Part shown: positions 10,274-20,408 of the stretch, piece by piece
How the letters are laid out: the number at the start of each line of letters is the position of its first letter
How positions within the stretch are numbered: the stretch's first letter is position 1
Assembly (NCBI GenBank): GCA_002747145.1
Contig: PDTI01000014.1
Span: forward strand, 1 to 57,217
Reading direction: 5' to 3'
Length of the DNA: 57,217 nucleotides
Origin: Desulfobacter postgatei
GTDB lineage: Bacteria > Desulfobacterota > Desulfobacteria > Desulfobacterales > Desulfobacteraceae
Translations under genes and position numbers: made by a program
The notes under the pieces: generated by a model
What the model was told of the DNA's origin: nothing
Database searches by the model: none
Seen by the model: the letters and a program-made list of their open reading frames with translations, nothing else

Positions 10274-10984
10274 ATGAACCTCATACTGCTTGAAGACCGG
10301 GATTTCATAAGCCCAGACCGGATTAGCCTCCAAGGTGACCGGTGCAGACATATTATCAAGGTGCTTGGGGCAAAGCCGGGTGATACACTGGTCTGCGGAA
10401 AAAAAAATGCAAAAATGGGCACAGGCCGGATTGTGTCATTAGACCGGCTGTCCATTGAAATGGAAGTCCACCTTGATCAGAACCCGCCGCCCCCCTTGCC
10501 TCTGACCCTGGTACTGGCGTTACCCCGCCCCAAGATGCTTAAACGGATACTTCAAAGCCTTTCAAGTCTGGGTGTAAAGGATATTTTTCTCATCAATTCC
10601 CGGCGGGTGGAAAAAAGTTTTTGGGGGTCCAGGGTATTGTCTGAATCCGGTATTCAGCGTCATCTTGACCTGGGTCTTTGTCAGGCAAAGGATATCCTTG
10701 TGCCCCGGGTTCATTTGAGACGTTTTTTTGCTCCTTTTGTTAAAGAGGAACTGCCGGAACTGAGCAGAAACAAAAAAAGAATTCTTGCCCACCCCAAAGC
10801 ACAATCTTTATGTCCGTCAGGTCTGAACTCCGATACAGTGCTTGTGATCGGTCCGGAAGGCGGGTTCATTGACCTTGAAGTACAGACCCTTGTGGACAAA
10901 GGGTTTGAGCCCATGACCATGGGGAAACGGATTTTACGTGTGGAAACGGCAGTAACGGCCTTGGTTGCCAGGCTTTTTACTTGA
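10274..10984 (+). CDS. rsmE: 16S rRNA m3U1498 methyltransferase
   Basis: IGPEGGF, MGKRILRVETA (SPOUT), LALPRPK. Confidence 0.92.
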   Translation: MNLILLEDRDFISPDRISLQGDRCRHIIKVLGAKPGDTLVCGKKNAKMGTGRIVSLDRLSIEMEVHLDQNPPPPLPLTLVLALPRPKMLKRILQSLSSLGVKDIFLINSRRVEKSFWGSRVLSESGIQRHLDLGLCQAKDILVPRVHLRRFFAPFVKEELPELSRNKKRILAHPKAQSLCPSGLNSDTVLVIGPEGGFIDLEVQTLVDKGFEPMTMGKRILRVETAVTALVARLFT

Positions 10985-11014
10985 ACTATTTTATTGTATT
11001 ACGGAGATAAAAAA

Positions 11015-11176
11015 ATGGATAAAAAAACACAAAAATTGAGACAAGAGGCGTATGAGAGCCTGCCGCCTAATATAAAAGAATGTTTGACCCCTGAAGAAAA
11101 AGAAATGTTTCTAACCGCCGAACAATGGCCAGACAGCCTTTTTACTAAACTGGATGAATTTATCATTAAAGAATAG
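11015..11176 (+). CDS. small hypothetical protein (53 aa)
   Basis: GGAG RBS, protein-like charged helical composition. Confidence 0.6.
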   Translation: MDKKTQKLRQEAYESLPPNIKECLTPEEKEMFLTAEQWPDSLFTKLDEFIIKE

Positions 11177-11191
11177 GTGTTCGCCGATCCA

Positions 11192-11220
11192 TTGACATCA
11201 ATTGATCAGGAATTTATATT
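11192..11220 (+). promoter_or_regulatory. putative sigma70 promoter
   Basis: TTGACA-17 nt-TATATT. Confidence 0.6.
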
Positions 11221-11232
11221 GAAGTGATTCGA

Positions 11233-11393
11233 CAAGCTGTTACGGAATGCTAATTTCCCCAATTTTTTTTATATGAAAGAACTTAAGTTAACTGATTAGT
11301 TTCTTTCATGATTTGTTGTGGGAAAACCTCGGTGAAAGACCAGGTCGGCCCATGGCCGTTCGTTGTAAAAATTATCTATTCCGTAACAGTCTG
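11233..11393 (+). mobile_element. MITE family D, two-ended copy
   Basis: TIRs CAAGCTGTTACGGAAT / ATTCCGTAACAGTCTG, TCGA on both sides (11229-32, 11394-97), internal hairpin ATGAAAGAA..TTCTTTCAT. Confidence 0.85.
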
Positions 11394-11404
11394 TCGATTT
11401 CCAC

Positions 11405-11911
11405 ATGATCGGAAAATGCATGAAACCTAAAGATCGGCAGAATGAAATAGGCCCGTCCCTGGAAAAATATGCCAGGTATGCCCATGTACTTCAGAAAACA
11501 AAATGGGCCAGGGAGTTCTCTTGGGAGCATACCAAAAAAATATGTTTATATATTGATCCGGTGATTGCTAAACCAGGGGCAGTGGTATTCAAAGAAGGGG
11601 ACAAGGACAAAAGCTTAGGCATTATCGTCAGGGGTGCTATTGATATTATCAAAGAAAACACCCGGATCACCACCTTGACCAGTTCCCAGACTTTTGGCGA
11701 AATGGCTCTGATAGACGGTGAGCCTCGATCTGCCTCTGGTATTGCCGTAAAAGAAACCGTAATTTTTTTCATGACCCAGGATAATCTGATTCGCCTGACC
11801 CTGGATGATCCACAATTAGGGGTACAGCTGCTGTGGAAAATCTCCAAACTGATCAGTCAGCGATTACGCCAGACCACGGGGATGCTTGTGGATTATATGG
11901 CAGAAGATTAG
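11405..11911 (+). CDS. stand-alone cyclic-nucleotide-binding domain protein
   Basis: VFKEGD, IIVRG.I.I, TFGEMALIDGEPRSAS; no HTH follows. Confidence 0.85.
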   Translation: MIGKCMKPKDRQNEIGPSLEKYARYAHVLQKTKWAREFSWEHTKKICLYIDPVIAKPGAVVFKEGDKDKSLGIIVRGAIDIIKENTRITTLTSSQTFGEMALIDGEPRSASGIAVKETVIFFMTQDNLIRLTLDDPQLGVQLLWKISKLISQRLRQTTGMLVDYMAED

Positions 11912-11944
11912 TGCCTTGCACCTCAGGTTCTGTACAAAAAAAAG

Positions 11945-11988
11945 AAAAAGCGCCATCGTCAAGATATGAAAGAAGATGGCGCTTTTTT
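11945..11988 (+). terminator. intrinsic terminator-like hairpin
   Basis: AAAAAGCGCCATC...GATGGCGCTTTTTT. Confidence 0.7.
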
Positions 11989-12071
11989 ATTGAATTCTTT
12001 TGTCTTGACATCGACCTGTACAGGTTTATATGCTTGCCCGTCAGAAGGTAATTCAGTGAACTGATATTTAA

Positions 12072-12233
12072 GAGCCTGTTTGATAATTGATGAATCGGCT
12101 GCAATCCCATGAAAATGGCTCCAATTCCCCCAAATTTTATGTCAATAGTCCGGCTATTAACAAAAAAATTTGTGAAAATTGGTTCTCATTTTCATAAGAT
12201 TTCACTTCGATCCCCTAATTATCAAACAGGCTC
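12072..12233 (+). mobile_element. MITE family C, full copy
   Basis: TIRs GAGCCTGTTTGATAATT / AATTATCAAACAGGCTC, TAA duplication, 162 bp, no ORF. Confidence 0.9.
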
Positions 12234-12260
12234 TAAGGCCCATGGTTAAGGAGCGTTGAC

Positions 12261-12590
12261 ATGGAGATGAAAAAATTTCTTGAACTTAAAGATGCCTTTG
12301 AATTGAAGAAATATGTCAGAAACATGGATTTCGATAAAAAGAACTGTAGTTCATTTTATGGATCACCCAAAAAACATCCCTATACCAAAGAGCGCGTTAT
12401 TCTGGTGGCGGATCCATTTGGCGGGCACACATTTTACTATGATTTTAAACTAAAAGACGTTCTGTCAATTGAGGAGCAGCCCCGGATTACAAATGCGGCA
12501 GGGGAATCGGTCTCCATGGCCCGGATCTGGGTAAAAAACAGCAGCATCGGATTGCAGTGCACGCCGTTTGCCGTGGGACGGGAAATTTAA
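12261..12590 (+). CDS. hypothetical protein
   Basis: AAGGAG RBS, 109 aa globular ORF. Confidence 0.7.
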   Translation: MEMKKFLELKDAFELKKYVRNMDFDKKNCSSFYGSPKKHPYTKERVILVADPFGGHTFYYDFKLKDVLSIEEQPRITNAAGESVSMARIWVKNSSIGLQCTPFAVGREI

Positions 12591-12629
12591 CAAACGTTTT
12601 TATTATGACGCCATCAAAATGTTTATATG

Positions 12630-14128
12630 TCAGGTTCCACAAAAGGTACGGGTTACCCGCTCTTCGCTGGCCGGTGCCTGGGCATAATCGGTAAAATCAG
12701 GCTGCTCAGTAAACGGGTTTTCATAAAGCGTTGTCAACAGGTCGACCTGACTGAAATCATTTCTGGTTTCTGCATCTTCAATCGCCTTGTGAATCCGGTG
12801 ATTTCTGGGAATGAAAAGGGGATTGACCCGGTTCATTCGTGCCTGGATGACGTCAGGACTATTTTCTTTGGCCAGCCGTTGCTGCCATGATTCAAGCCAG
12901 GCCGACACCGCATCCGGCCCTTTAAAAAGTTTTTGAAATTGCGGTGTCATATCTGAACCTTGCTTGATATGATCTGCCAAATATCGAAAGGTCAGGGTAA
13001 AATCGACTTGTTGGTTTTGCATCAGGTCAAGAAGTTGCCCAAGGAGGGAATCGTCCTGCTCATCAGGATTTTCTATTCCGATTTTTTTAAGCAGACCAAC
13101 GCGTTGGGCGTAGAAAAATTCCTGTTCAAATTCGGACAAGGTGGCATCAATCACCTGCGCTGCCTCTTCATCTGTTTTTCCTAAGAGCGCTTGTAAACAG
13201 ATGCCAAGTCGGCTCAGATTCCATTTCATGATGGCGCCTTGATTGGCATAACGGTATCTGCCCATGGTATCAATGGAACTGAAGACCATGTCGGGATCAT
13301 AATAATCCATAAATGCACAGGGACCATAATCAATGGTCTCCCCTGAAATTGCAGTGTTATCCGTATTCATGACACCGTGAATAAATCCAAGCTGCATCCA
13401 TTTGGCCACAAGCTGGGCCTGTCTTAGGGCCACCAATGAAAAAAATTGTCTGTACCGCTCTTTTTTTTCCAGAACTTCAGGATAATGGCGGACAATGACG
13501 TAATCGGCCAGCTGGCGGATTGCCGTTTCATCGCCCCGGGCGGCAAAATATTCGAAACTGCCCACCCGGACAAAACCGATGCGACCCGGGTCATGATACC
13601 CCCTGGGTGAATCCCATCCGGACGCATGATTCGTTCTCCTGTGCAGACCATTGCCAGCGCCCTGGTGGTGGGCACGCCTAAGGCGTGCATGGCCTCACTG
13701 ACAATGTACTCACGGATCACAGGCCCGAGGGGAGACTTGCCGTCTCCACCCCGTGAAAACGGGGTTCTGCCGGATCCTTTGAGTTGAACATCAAAACGTT
13801 TGCCGTCCGGCGTAATTTTTTCCCCAAGCAGAACAGCCCGGCCATCCCCAAGCTGATGAACAAAAGTACCAAATTGATGCCCGGCATAGGCCATGGCAAT
13901 GGGTGCGGCATCTGCAAAAACAAGATTGCCTGCCAGGCACTGGGGCAGTTCCTGGGTTTCTTTAGTAAAATTAAGACCCAGTGCCCGGCCCAATTTCCAG
14001 TTATATGTTTGCAACACAGGATTCGGTACACTTTCAGGCGTAACGGGTTCATAAAATTTTTTCGGAAGCGCTGCAAAACTGTTTTCAAATCCGGCTTTAA
14101 GGGTTGATAACCCAGTTGTATTTCTCAT
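12630..14128 (-). pseudogene. selO: protein adenylyltransferase SelO/YdiU, frameshifted
   Basis: AYAGHQFG, LGDGRA, QLKGSGRTPFSRGGDG, PTTRAL in one frame; GFIHGVMNTDN, IDYGPC, TFCGT in another; 1-nt loss near 13577; AGGAG RBS before ATG 14128. Confidence 0.85.
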
Positions 14129-14447
14129 ATATGCGCTCCTTGTACTGCTTTTCCACAGGCTGTTTTTGTGACATTCTTCTTGATTAAACAAGGGATGCTT
14201 CTGATGCCGGTCCCAGCATGGGCCGGCCACCGTACCGGCCCTGACCAGGGCAACCACATAGGGATTGCCCCTGGAAAAAATGGCCGGCAATAGAATCAAT
14301 CCCGTTAACAATAATGCATGAGCATGAAGAAGTCATCATGTGTATGGATTTAAGAAATGTATTATGAATGTTGCCCGACTGCGGCGCATATGATATTTCC
14401 CGTAAGATTCAATTCAAACTAACTGATTTCATGGAGGCAATCAGAAT

Positions 14448-14930
14448 ATGGAAAAATGTCCGTGCAAAAGCAACCTTGCCTATGCCGAATGCTGCGAACC
14501 CGTCATTACCGGAATACAGCCGGCCCGGACGGCACAAGAGCTTATGCGGGCCCGTTATTGCGCCTATACCATAGCTGATACGGAATTTATTTTTAACACC
14601 ACCCATCCGGATCACCGGGATGGGTACGACCATGCCGGTACTAAATCCTGGGCGGAAAATTCCGAATGGCTGGATCTTGAAATTGTTTCTACACAAGCCG
14701 GCTGTTCCGGAGACCAGGAAGGAGTGGTTGAATTCATAGCCACTTTTCGGGCAAACGGCATTGTTCAAAAACACCACGAGATTGGCCGGTTTTTAAAGCA
14801 GGACGATGCCTGGCTGTTTACCAGCGGTGATATGGTGAAACCCAAGCCTGCGGTTTCCACCAAGGTGGGCCGGAATGAACCCTGCCCGTGCGGCAGCGGA
14901 CGCAAGCACAAAAAATGCTGCGGTAAATAG
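14448..14930 (+). CDS. ychJ: YchJ family SEC-C motif protein
   Basis: CPCKS...[23 protein letters not shown]...[19 protein letters not shown]. Confidence 0.9.
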   Translation: MEKCPCKSNLAYAECCEPVITGIQPARTAQELMRARYCAYTIADTEFIFNTTHPDHRDGYDHAGTKSWAENSEWLDLEIVSTQAGCSGDQEGVVEFIATFRANGIVQKHHEIGRFLKQDDAWLFTSGDMVKPKPAVSTKVGRNEPCPCGSGRKHKKCCGK

Positions 14931-14978
14931 TGTTTGAACGACAACTCACCCACCTGCGGCGTTCCAGAAAAATTTGCC

Positions 14979-15018
14979 AAAGACAAGCAGATGGGCGATT
15001 TTAGTTTGACCATGGGTC
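14979..15018. mobile_element. MITE family B end fragment
   Basis: AAAGACAAGCAGATGGGCGATTTTAGTTTGACCATGGGTC matches 2133-2172. Confidence 0.7.
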
Positions 15019-15021
15019 TAA

Positions 15022-15184
15022 AAGCCTGTTTGATAATTGATGAATCGGCTGCAATCCCATGAAAATGGCTCCAGTTCACCCAAATTTTATGTCACTAGTC
15101 CGGCTATTAACAAAAAAAATTTGTGGAAATTGGTTCTCATTTTCATAAGATTTCGCTTCGACCCCCTAATTATCAAACAGGCTC
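15022..15184 (+). mobile_element. MITE family C, full copy
   Basis: Near-identical to 12072-12233, TAA flanks. Confidence 0.9.
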
Positions 15185-15531
15185 TAAAATGTGATTATTC
15201 CGTATCCATTTTCGATAAATGCGCCCATGGCAGGATGATTGGCCATATCCCCAACCAGGGGGATTTCTTCTTTTTCAATGGGAGCAAGGGCATCAAGTTT
15301 GGTTGCACAAGCTTTGCATGCACCGTAAATAAGGTTGGCAGACTTGGCTTTCTCATAAAGGGGGTTTAAAAAATGCCCTGATTTGGACATGGGCTCCACA
15401 AGTTTGACCGCTTCTCCTTCCAAAACAATGAGTCCTTCCTGGCCCCGCTGTTTTAGGTCAAGGGCGTTGAGCAGTACGTGAACAAAGCATAAAGGGTCTC
15501 CCCGGAATGCGAACAATACGGTTTTTTCCAT
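15184..15531 (-). CDS. DsrE-like cytoplasmic protein
   Basis: LCFVHVLLNALD, IVLEGEAVKL, GACKAC, GY.IITF; AGGAGG RBS. Confidence 0.75.
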   Translation of the reverse strand: MEKTVLFAFRGDPLCFVHVLLNALDLKQRGQEGLIVLEGEAVKLVEPMSKSGHFLNPLYEKAKSANLIYGACKACATKLDALAPIEKEEIPLVGDMANHPAMGAFIENGYGIITF

Positions 15532-15615
15532 GATAACCTCCTGTTTTTAACGTATATTTACGCACAAATATGGATGGTTCAAGACATAGAAGGGGATCCA
15601 TAGTCTTTTCCACGA

Positions 15616-16095
15616 TTACTCTTTTTCCTTTTCCCAAAAACTACGATTTTCCTGAAGAATATCACTAAGATCGTCATCAATATCCTGGCCAGCCTCGTCA
15701 GTGTCCTTGTCTCTATTCTCCAAGTCAGTATCCGTCATTTCACCAACGCGTGAATCTTCTATATTCTCCGCTTTGGACAAATCGTCATCCAGGTCTGATG
15801 CCCATGTTTCATCTTCATCCTGGGGACTTTGCTGAGGCGCCGTAGTTTCACTCTCTTCAAGCAGGTTCCCATTCCGGTCAAAAAGCAGGCTGCCATTCAG
15901 ATTGATTTCATAATCAAGCCTGAATGCCACCTCATTATCATGTACAACAATCCGGCCGCCTCTGGCAGATAGTGCTCTTGCGGTCAGACGTTTCTTGAAC
16001 AGATCCTTGACGGCATCAAGGTCCAGATCTTTTTGAACAGATGAAATAAGGTCTTTTTCTCCGTTCAATATGACTTGGGGATCTGTAATTTTCAT
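15616..16095 (-). CDS. hypothetical protein with acidic low-complexity C-terminus
   Basis: AAGGAG RBS, starts 15 nt after the previous stop; globular N-terminal ~80 aa, D/E-rich tail, ends ILQENRSFW. Confidence 0.75.
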   Translation of the reverse strand: MKITDPQVILNGEKDLISSVQKDLDLDAVKDLFKKRLTARALSARGGRIVVHDNEVAFRLDYEINLNGSLLFDRNGNLLEESETTAPQQSPQDEDETWASDLDDDLSKAENIEDSRVGEMTDTDLENRDKDTDEAGQDIDDDLSDILQENRSFWEKEKE

Positions 16096-16110
16096 ACATA
16101 ACTCCTTTGT

Positions 16111-17487
16111 CTACAATCGATTGAATGCGATGTCGGCAAAACTGGGTTCAATAAAATTTTCAAGGTCAATAAGTTTACCGATTTCCATAACATCATGCAT
16201 GTACCTTTGAATTTTATCAAGATCTGTCGCTTCGGGGTAGAGTCCGTCCCAGCGAATGGCCATGGGTTGGGAAAATACATGTTGAAGAACCTGGGGATTC
16301 AGTCCCATTTTACCTTCGGGATCCAGAAATTTCACGGCAATGTCTGCCGCCCGGATCTTGTCGTTTTCAATATACTCGCCGGTATCCACCAGCAGGGATA
16401 CAAATTCCTGAACCGCTTCAGGGTGCTTTTGGATGAAGTCCTTTTGCATGGCCACAATACAACAGGGATGATTCTCCCAGCGGGCAGCTGAATAGAATTC
16501 CAGATTGCCGATTTCCCCTTTGATGGCTTTGGTGGCAACCGGTTCTGCAACCATGAATCCGCCCACATCTTCGTTTTCTTTCATAATACCGGGCATTTTG
16601 ATAGGGGGAACCACCTCAAAGCGAACATTAATGGCCTTTTTTCCTGGCACCCCGGGTTTGAGTCCCAATTCTTTTAAAAATTTATGTGCAAGCATGTGGT
16701 GAACCGACATTTTGTGGGGAATATCCACAACCTTATATTTGTAAAAGCTTTGCAAAGAGTCAAACCTGTGATCATAATGCCGGGATCGCACAAATGTGGA
16801 CCCGTTCTTATGGGCATACAGGACCAGCTGAATGGGAGAGTCATAGGCAAACAGATCCATGGCAATGGGTGCCAGAACAAAGGCACAGTCGATTTTCCCA
16901 CTTTCAAGACCTTCCTGTATGGGGTTCCATCCACCCATCAGGCTGCTGGACAGATCAAAGTGCTGGGGTTCCACATCCCCTTGGTTAATCCGGTGTTTCA
17001 AGGCACCCAGGGCAAGGTGGTCCGTGATCTGGATATGGGCCACGTTGAGTTCAACCCGGCCGCCAATAATACTTCTACTTTTTATTACCCGTTCTTTTTT
17101 CATCCCTCCGGAGAAGGCTGTTTCAATTGCTCTTGTGATTTCTTCCTCATTAAACGGTTTTGGGCAATGGGCATTACCACCGGCTTCTATGATGGTTTTC
17201 TGCTGGCCCATGTCAGCCTGGGCCGTGGCCATGATGAAAGGCAGGTCCTTAAATTCCCCAGAGCTCCTTAATGCTTTGAGAAACCCAATGCCGTCCAGCG
17301 TGGGCATGTTCCAGTCAGATATGACAAGATCAGGTTTTTCAGCTTTTACTTTTTCAATGCCGTCTGCACCGTTCACTGCCATGACAAGGTTTGAAAATCC
17401 GGCTTTTTCCAGAATTTGTTTGAACATCATCCGCATGGTACCTGAATCATCCACCACAACAATTTTAATATTCGGATCTACCGCCAT
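16111..17487 (-). CDS. CheY-like receiver fused to CmpA/NrtA (NMT1-like) ligand-binding domain
   Basis: VVDD...ISDWNMP...MATA...KPF receiver, then VAHIQITDHLALG, AFVLAPIAM, AHKNGS, IPHKMSVHHML, VVPPIKMP, GFMVAEP, WENHPCC; no signal peptide. Confidence 0.88.
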   Translation of the reverse strand: MAVDPNIKIVVVDDSGTMRMMFKQILEKAGFSNLVMAVNGADGIEKVKAEKPDLVISDWNMPTLDGIGFLKALRSSGEFKDLPFIMATAQADMGQQKTIIEAGGNAHCPKPFNEEEITRAIETAFSGGMKKERVIKSRSIIGGRVELNVAHIQITDHLALGALKHRINQGDVEPQHFDLSSSLMGGWNPIQEGLESGKIDCAFVLAPIAMDLFAYDSPIQLVLYAHKNGSTFVRSRHYDHRFDSLQSFYKYKVVDIPHKMSVHHMLAHKFLKELGLKPGVPGKKAINVRFEVVPPIKMPGIMKENEDVGGFMVAEPVATKAIKGEIGNLEFYSAARWENHPCCIVAMQKDFIQKHPEAVQEFVSLLVDTGEYIENDKIRAADIAVKFLDPEGKMGLNPQVLQHVFSQPMAIRWDGLYPEATDLDKIQRYMHDVMEIGKLIDLENFIEPSFADIAFNRL

Positions 17488-17541
17488 AAAATGCTCCTTA
17501 TGTCCTGCTATAAAAATTAAAAATCATATCTTTTAACTGGA

Positions 17542-17735
17542 CAGACTGTTACGGAATAGATAGTTTTTTCAAGTTCAAGACGGAAAATCAATTTGACCGC
17601 AGACAACCATGGAGTATTCGTAAGGATCAAATTTATTTTTCCAACGAACGGCCATGGGCCGACCTGGTCTTTCACCGAGGTTTGCCCACAACAAATCATG
17701 AAAGAAACTAATCGGTTAACTTAGTTCTTTCATAT
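17542..17735 (-). mobile_element. MITE family D, one-ended copy fused to permease 3' end
   Basis: TIR CAGACTGTTACGGAATAGATA at 17542; internal part matches 11271-11363 and 22390-22473. Confidence 0.85.
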
Positions 17736-18450
17736 TATCCCTGGCATCGTTAATCAGATATCCCAGGCCGGATGATACCCCTAAAAACTCTGCCGGAACC
17801 AAAACGATCCATGCAATCCCCAGCGCCAGTCTGATGCTGGTTATCATATGGGGGATGGAATATGGAATAACAATCGTCTGAATGAGTTGGACGTTATTTG
17901 CACCCTGGTTCAAAGCCATTTTTATCCACTGGGGATTAATGTCCATAGTACCAATGGCTGTATTCAGTATTATAGGACAAATTGTCGCCATTACAATCAA
18001 AAAATGAACAGCAGACTCAAAGCTTGTGAATAAAAGCAGTGCAATGGGCATCCAGGACAAGGGACTGATCATTCTCACGAATTGAATCGGCGAATACGTC
18101 AGTTTGCGAAGACGTGTAAAAAAACCGATCAGTACGCCTAAAGGAAGTCCTATCGCTGCTGATATGGAGATGCCGACAACGATTCTGCGCAGACTTGCAA
18201 AAACCGACATCCAGAATTTGGCATTCTGAAAGAGGTCTGTCAGGGCAGCAAGGGTAGGAACGGGTAGAAATCCCTTGAAATGGCATAATTCAGGACGCGT
18301 AAATACCAATTGCATCACAGCAGCCCAGGCAAAGATAAACAGGCCAAGCCCGGCCAGTTCATATCTCCAGCTTGCCCATATCCGGGTAAAAAATGACCAC
18401 AATCCAATCTGGACAGCGCTGTCCCGGGGCGTGCGTTCAATTGATTTCAA
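17716..18450 (-). pseudogene. NitT/TauT-family ABC permease, C-terminally truncated
   Basis: SLRRI, RMISPLSWMP, WIVLVPAEFLGVSSGLGYLINDARD, then MITE-derived MKELS*; the final TM helix is missing. Confidence 0.75.
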
Positions 18451-19639
18451 CGATTTCTTCCCTGGTAAATATATTTTTCATATCACAACGGCAAAATCCT
18501 TTCATGCCCCCCATGTCGTCAATAGTCTTTCTGACAAAACGGGGGTCCACAAGCTGTGAAACCGCTGTATTTGTGTCAAGGCGCGTCAAGAAATCCGTGT
18601 TGCCCTCAACCTTGTTTTTTTTCATTTGTTCTATAATAAACCGGGTTGCTGATGGAAAAGGAAACGGCTGGAAACCGATCCGTTCTGCATTCCACTGGGG
18701 GTGAACCAGTTCTTTTTCGGGAATGGCGCCAAAAACCCGGTTAAGGACGGCTTCATCTACCGGCAGAAACCCTTCGCCGTCTCTGCTGAGCAGGTGAGCC
18801 GTTTCCCTGGGATTTTGCAGACACCATGCCTGGGCTTTTACAATAGCGTTCACCGCCTTTTGAATAACGATTGGGCTTTTTTGGATCAGATGATCGTTGG
18901 AGACGATAACACAACAGGGGTGATTTTTCCAAACATCTCCTGAATATCGCATAATTTTTGCCGAAAATTTTTCCTGGGCCAGGGCGTTAAAGGGGTCTGC
19001 CACGCAAAATGCATCTATCTTCTTGCCTAAAAGTGCCTGGGGCATATCCGGCGGCGACAGAATGAGCAGGTTCACCTCGTGGGGGGCAAGCGTTGCGCCC
19101 GGCGAACGGATTACAGGTTCAAGTCCCTGGGCCTGAAGACCTAGCTGCATGATCAGATTGTGCATGGAATACCATGACGGCACTGCCACCTGTTTTCCCG
19201 AAAGATCCGAAAACCGGTTAATACCGCAGTCGGCTCTGACTGTGACCGCACTGCCGTTGGTATGGGCCCAAGCCAGCACTTTGACAGGAATATTCTGCTT
19301 GAATCGCATCCACACGGGGATGGGGAAAAGCATGTGTGTCAGGTCAAATTTGCCCGTTAAAAAGGATTCGGAAAGTACATTCCATGAACGCACCATGACG
19401 GGACGCTTTACATGAAGTCCCTCATGGGAGAAATAGCCCAGGCTATAGGCAATAAGCAAAGGTGTGGCATCTGTAATGGGCAGATACCCTATTTTTAGAG
19501 GTCTTTTTTGGGCGGCTGCCAGACGCGGAAATACCATGGGGGCACAGGCCGCAGCACCTGCCGTCTGTATGGCGGTTTTTAAAAAATTTCGACGTGAAAT
19601 CCTTCCGGGGCATGCCGGTGCTGCATGATTAAATCCCAT
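18437..19639 (-). CDS. Tat-exported CmpA/NrtA-family ABC substrate-binding protein
   Basis: SRRNFLK Tat motif, LKIGYLPITDATPLL, WAHTNGSA, WKNHPCC. Confidence 0.9.
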   Translation of the reverse strand: MGFNHAAPACPGRISRRNFLKTAIQTAGAAACAPMVFPRLAAAQKRPLKIGYLPITDATPLLIAYSLGYFSHEGLHVKRPVMVRSWNVLSESFLTGKFDLTHMLFPIPVWMRFKQNIPVKVLAWAHTNGSAVTVRADCGINRFSDLSGKQVAVPSWYSMHNLIMQLGLQAQGLEPVIRSPGATLAPHEVNLLILSPPDMPQALLGKKIDAFCVADPFNALAQEKFSAKIMRYSGDVWKNHPCCVIVSNDHLIQKSPIVIQKAVNAIVKAQAWCLQNPRETAHLLSRDGEGFLPVDEAVLNRVFGAIPEKELVHPQWNAERIGFQPFPFPSATRFIIEQMKKNKVEGNTDFLTRLDTNTAVSQLVDPRFVRKTIDDMGGMKGFCRCDMKNIFTREEIVEIN

Positions 19640-20405
19640 CCGTAAGGCTCCGTTTGACTAAATATGCGGTTTTAAACCGATCGAAAATATCGGTTCTCAA
19701 TGCTTTTATCACAGGGTCATGGGGGGTTCTGGGATAGGAGGCATCAATATCAAAAATATCGGAGATGCCGGCAGGAGATCCTGCCAGAACCACAATTTTA
19801 TTTCCAAGGCGTATGGCTTCATCAATATCATGGGTGACAAAGACCGCAGTAAAGCGTTCCGACATCCACAAATTTACCAATTCCTCCTGGATATGGGCCT
19901 GGGTAAAGGTATCCAAAGAGGCGAAGGGTTCGTCAAACAGCAATATCTGAGGATGTCCCACCAGAGCCCTGGCCAGGCAGACCCGCTGGGCCATGCCCAG
20001 GGAGAGCTGGCCGGGTTTTACGTCAGCCGCACCTGCCAGCCCCATGATTTCCAAAAACTGGATGACCCGGTATTCCAGATCCTGGGTGTCTTTTCTGATT
20101 TTACAGCCATAAGCCACGTTTTCCTTGACGCTGAGCCAGGGGATCAGCGCCGGCTGCTGGAACAGCATGGAACGTGATGGGTGGATACCGGTAATGGGGG
20201 TGCCGTTCACCCGGATTTGACCGGAGCTCGCAGTTTCAAGCCCTGCCAGCAAGTTCAGCAGTGTGGTCTTCCCACAACCCGATTCACCCAAAATAATCAC
20301 AAAATCCCCTGGATTTATTGAAAAGGAGATATCCTTGAGAATATGATGGGCTTTTTTTCCTGGTCTGTTGTAAAATTTATTAATTTTGTCAATATCTATT
20401 TTCAA
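19629..20405 (-). CDS. NitT/TauT-family ABC ATPase
   Basis: GESGCGKTT, LSLGMAQR, LLFDEPFASLD, FVTHDIDEA. Confidence 0.93.
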   Translation of the reverse strand: MKIDIDKINKFYNRPGKKAHHILKDISFSINPGDFVIILGESGCGKTTLLNLLAGLETASSGQIRVNGTPITGIHPSRSMLFQQPALIPWLSVKENVAYGCKIRKDTQDLEYRVIQFLEIMGLAGAADVKPGQLSLGMAQRVCLARALVGHPQILLFDEPFASLDTFTQAHIQEELVNLWMSERFTAVFVTHDIDEAIRLGNKIVVLAGSPAGISDIFDIDASYPRTPHDPVIKALRTDIFDRFKTAYLVKRSLTDGI

Positions 20406-20408
20406 GTG

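Noticed and set aside
12627-12650. Selenocysteine read-through at the selO TGA
   Set aside because: TFCGT is a normal bacterial SelO ending; no clear SECIS hairpin follows
14130-14311. N-terminal extension of selO in the ORF track
   Set aside because: Strong AGGAG RBS precedes ATG 14128, and the extension has no SelO similarity
14929-14978. Possible end of another repeat family after ychJ
   Set aside because: Only one copy in the window, so it cannot be supported here
15037-15369. Short ORFs sharing IAADSSIIKQA, LIFIRFRFDPLI or LEKIIYSV peptides (also 493, 11853, 22128, 29971, 50187, 50648, 55285)
   Set aside because: They are translations of MITE sequence, not a protein family
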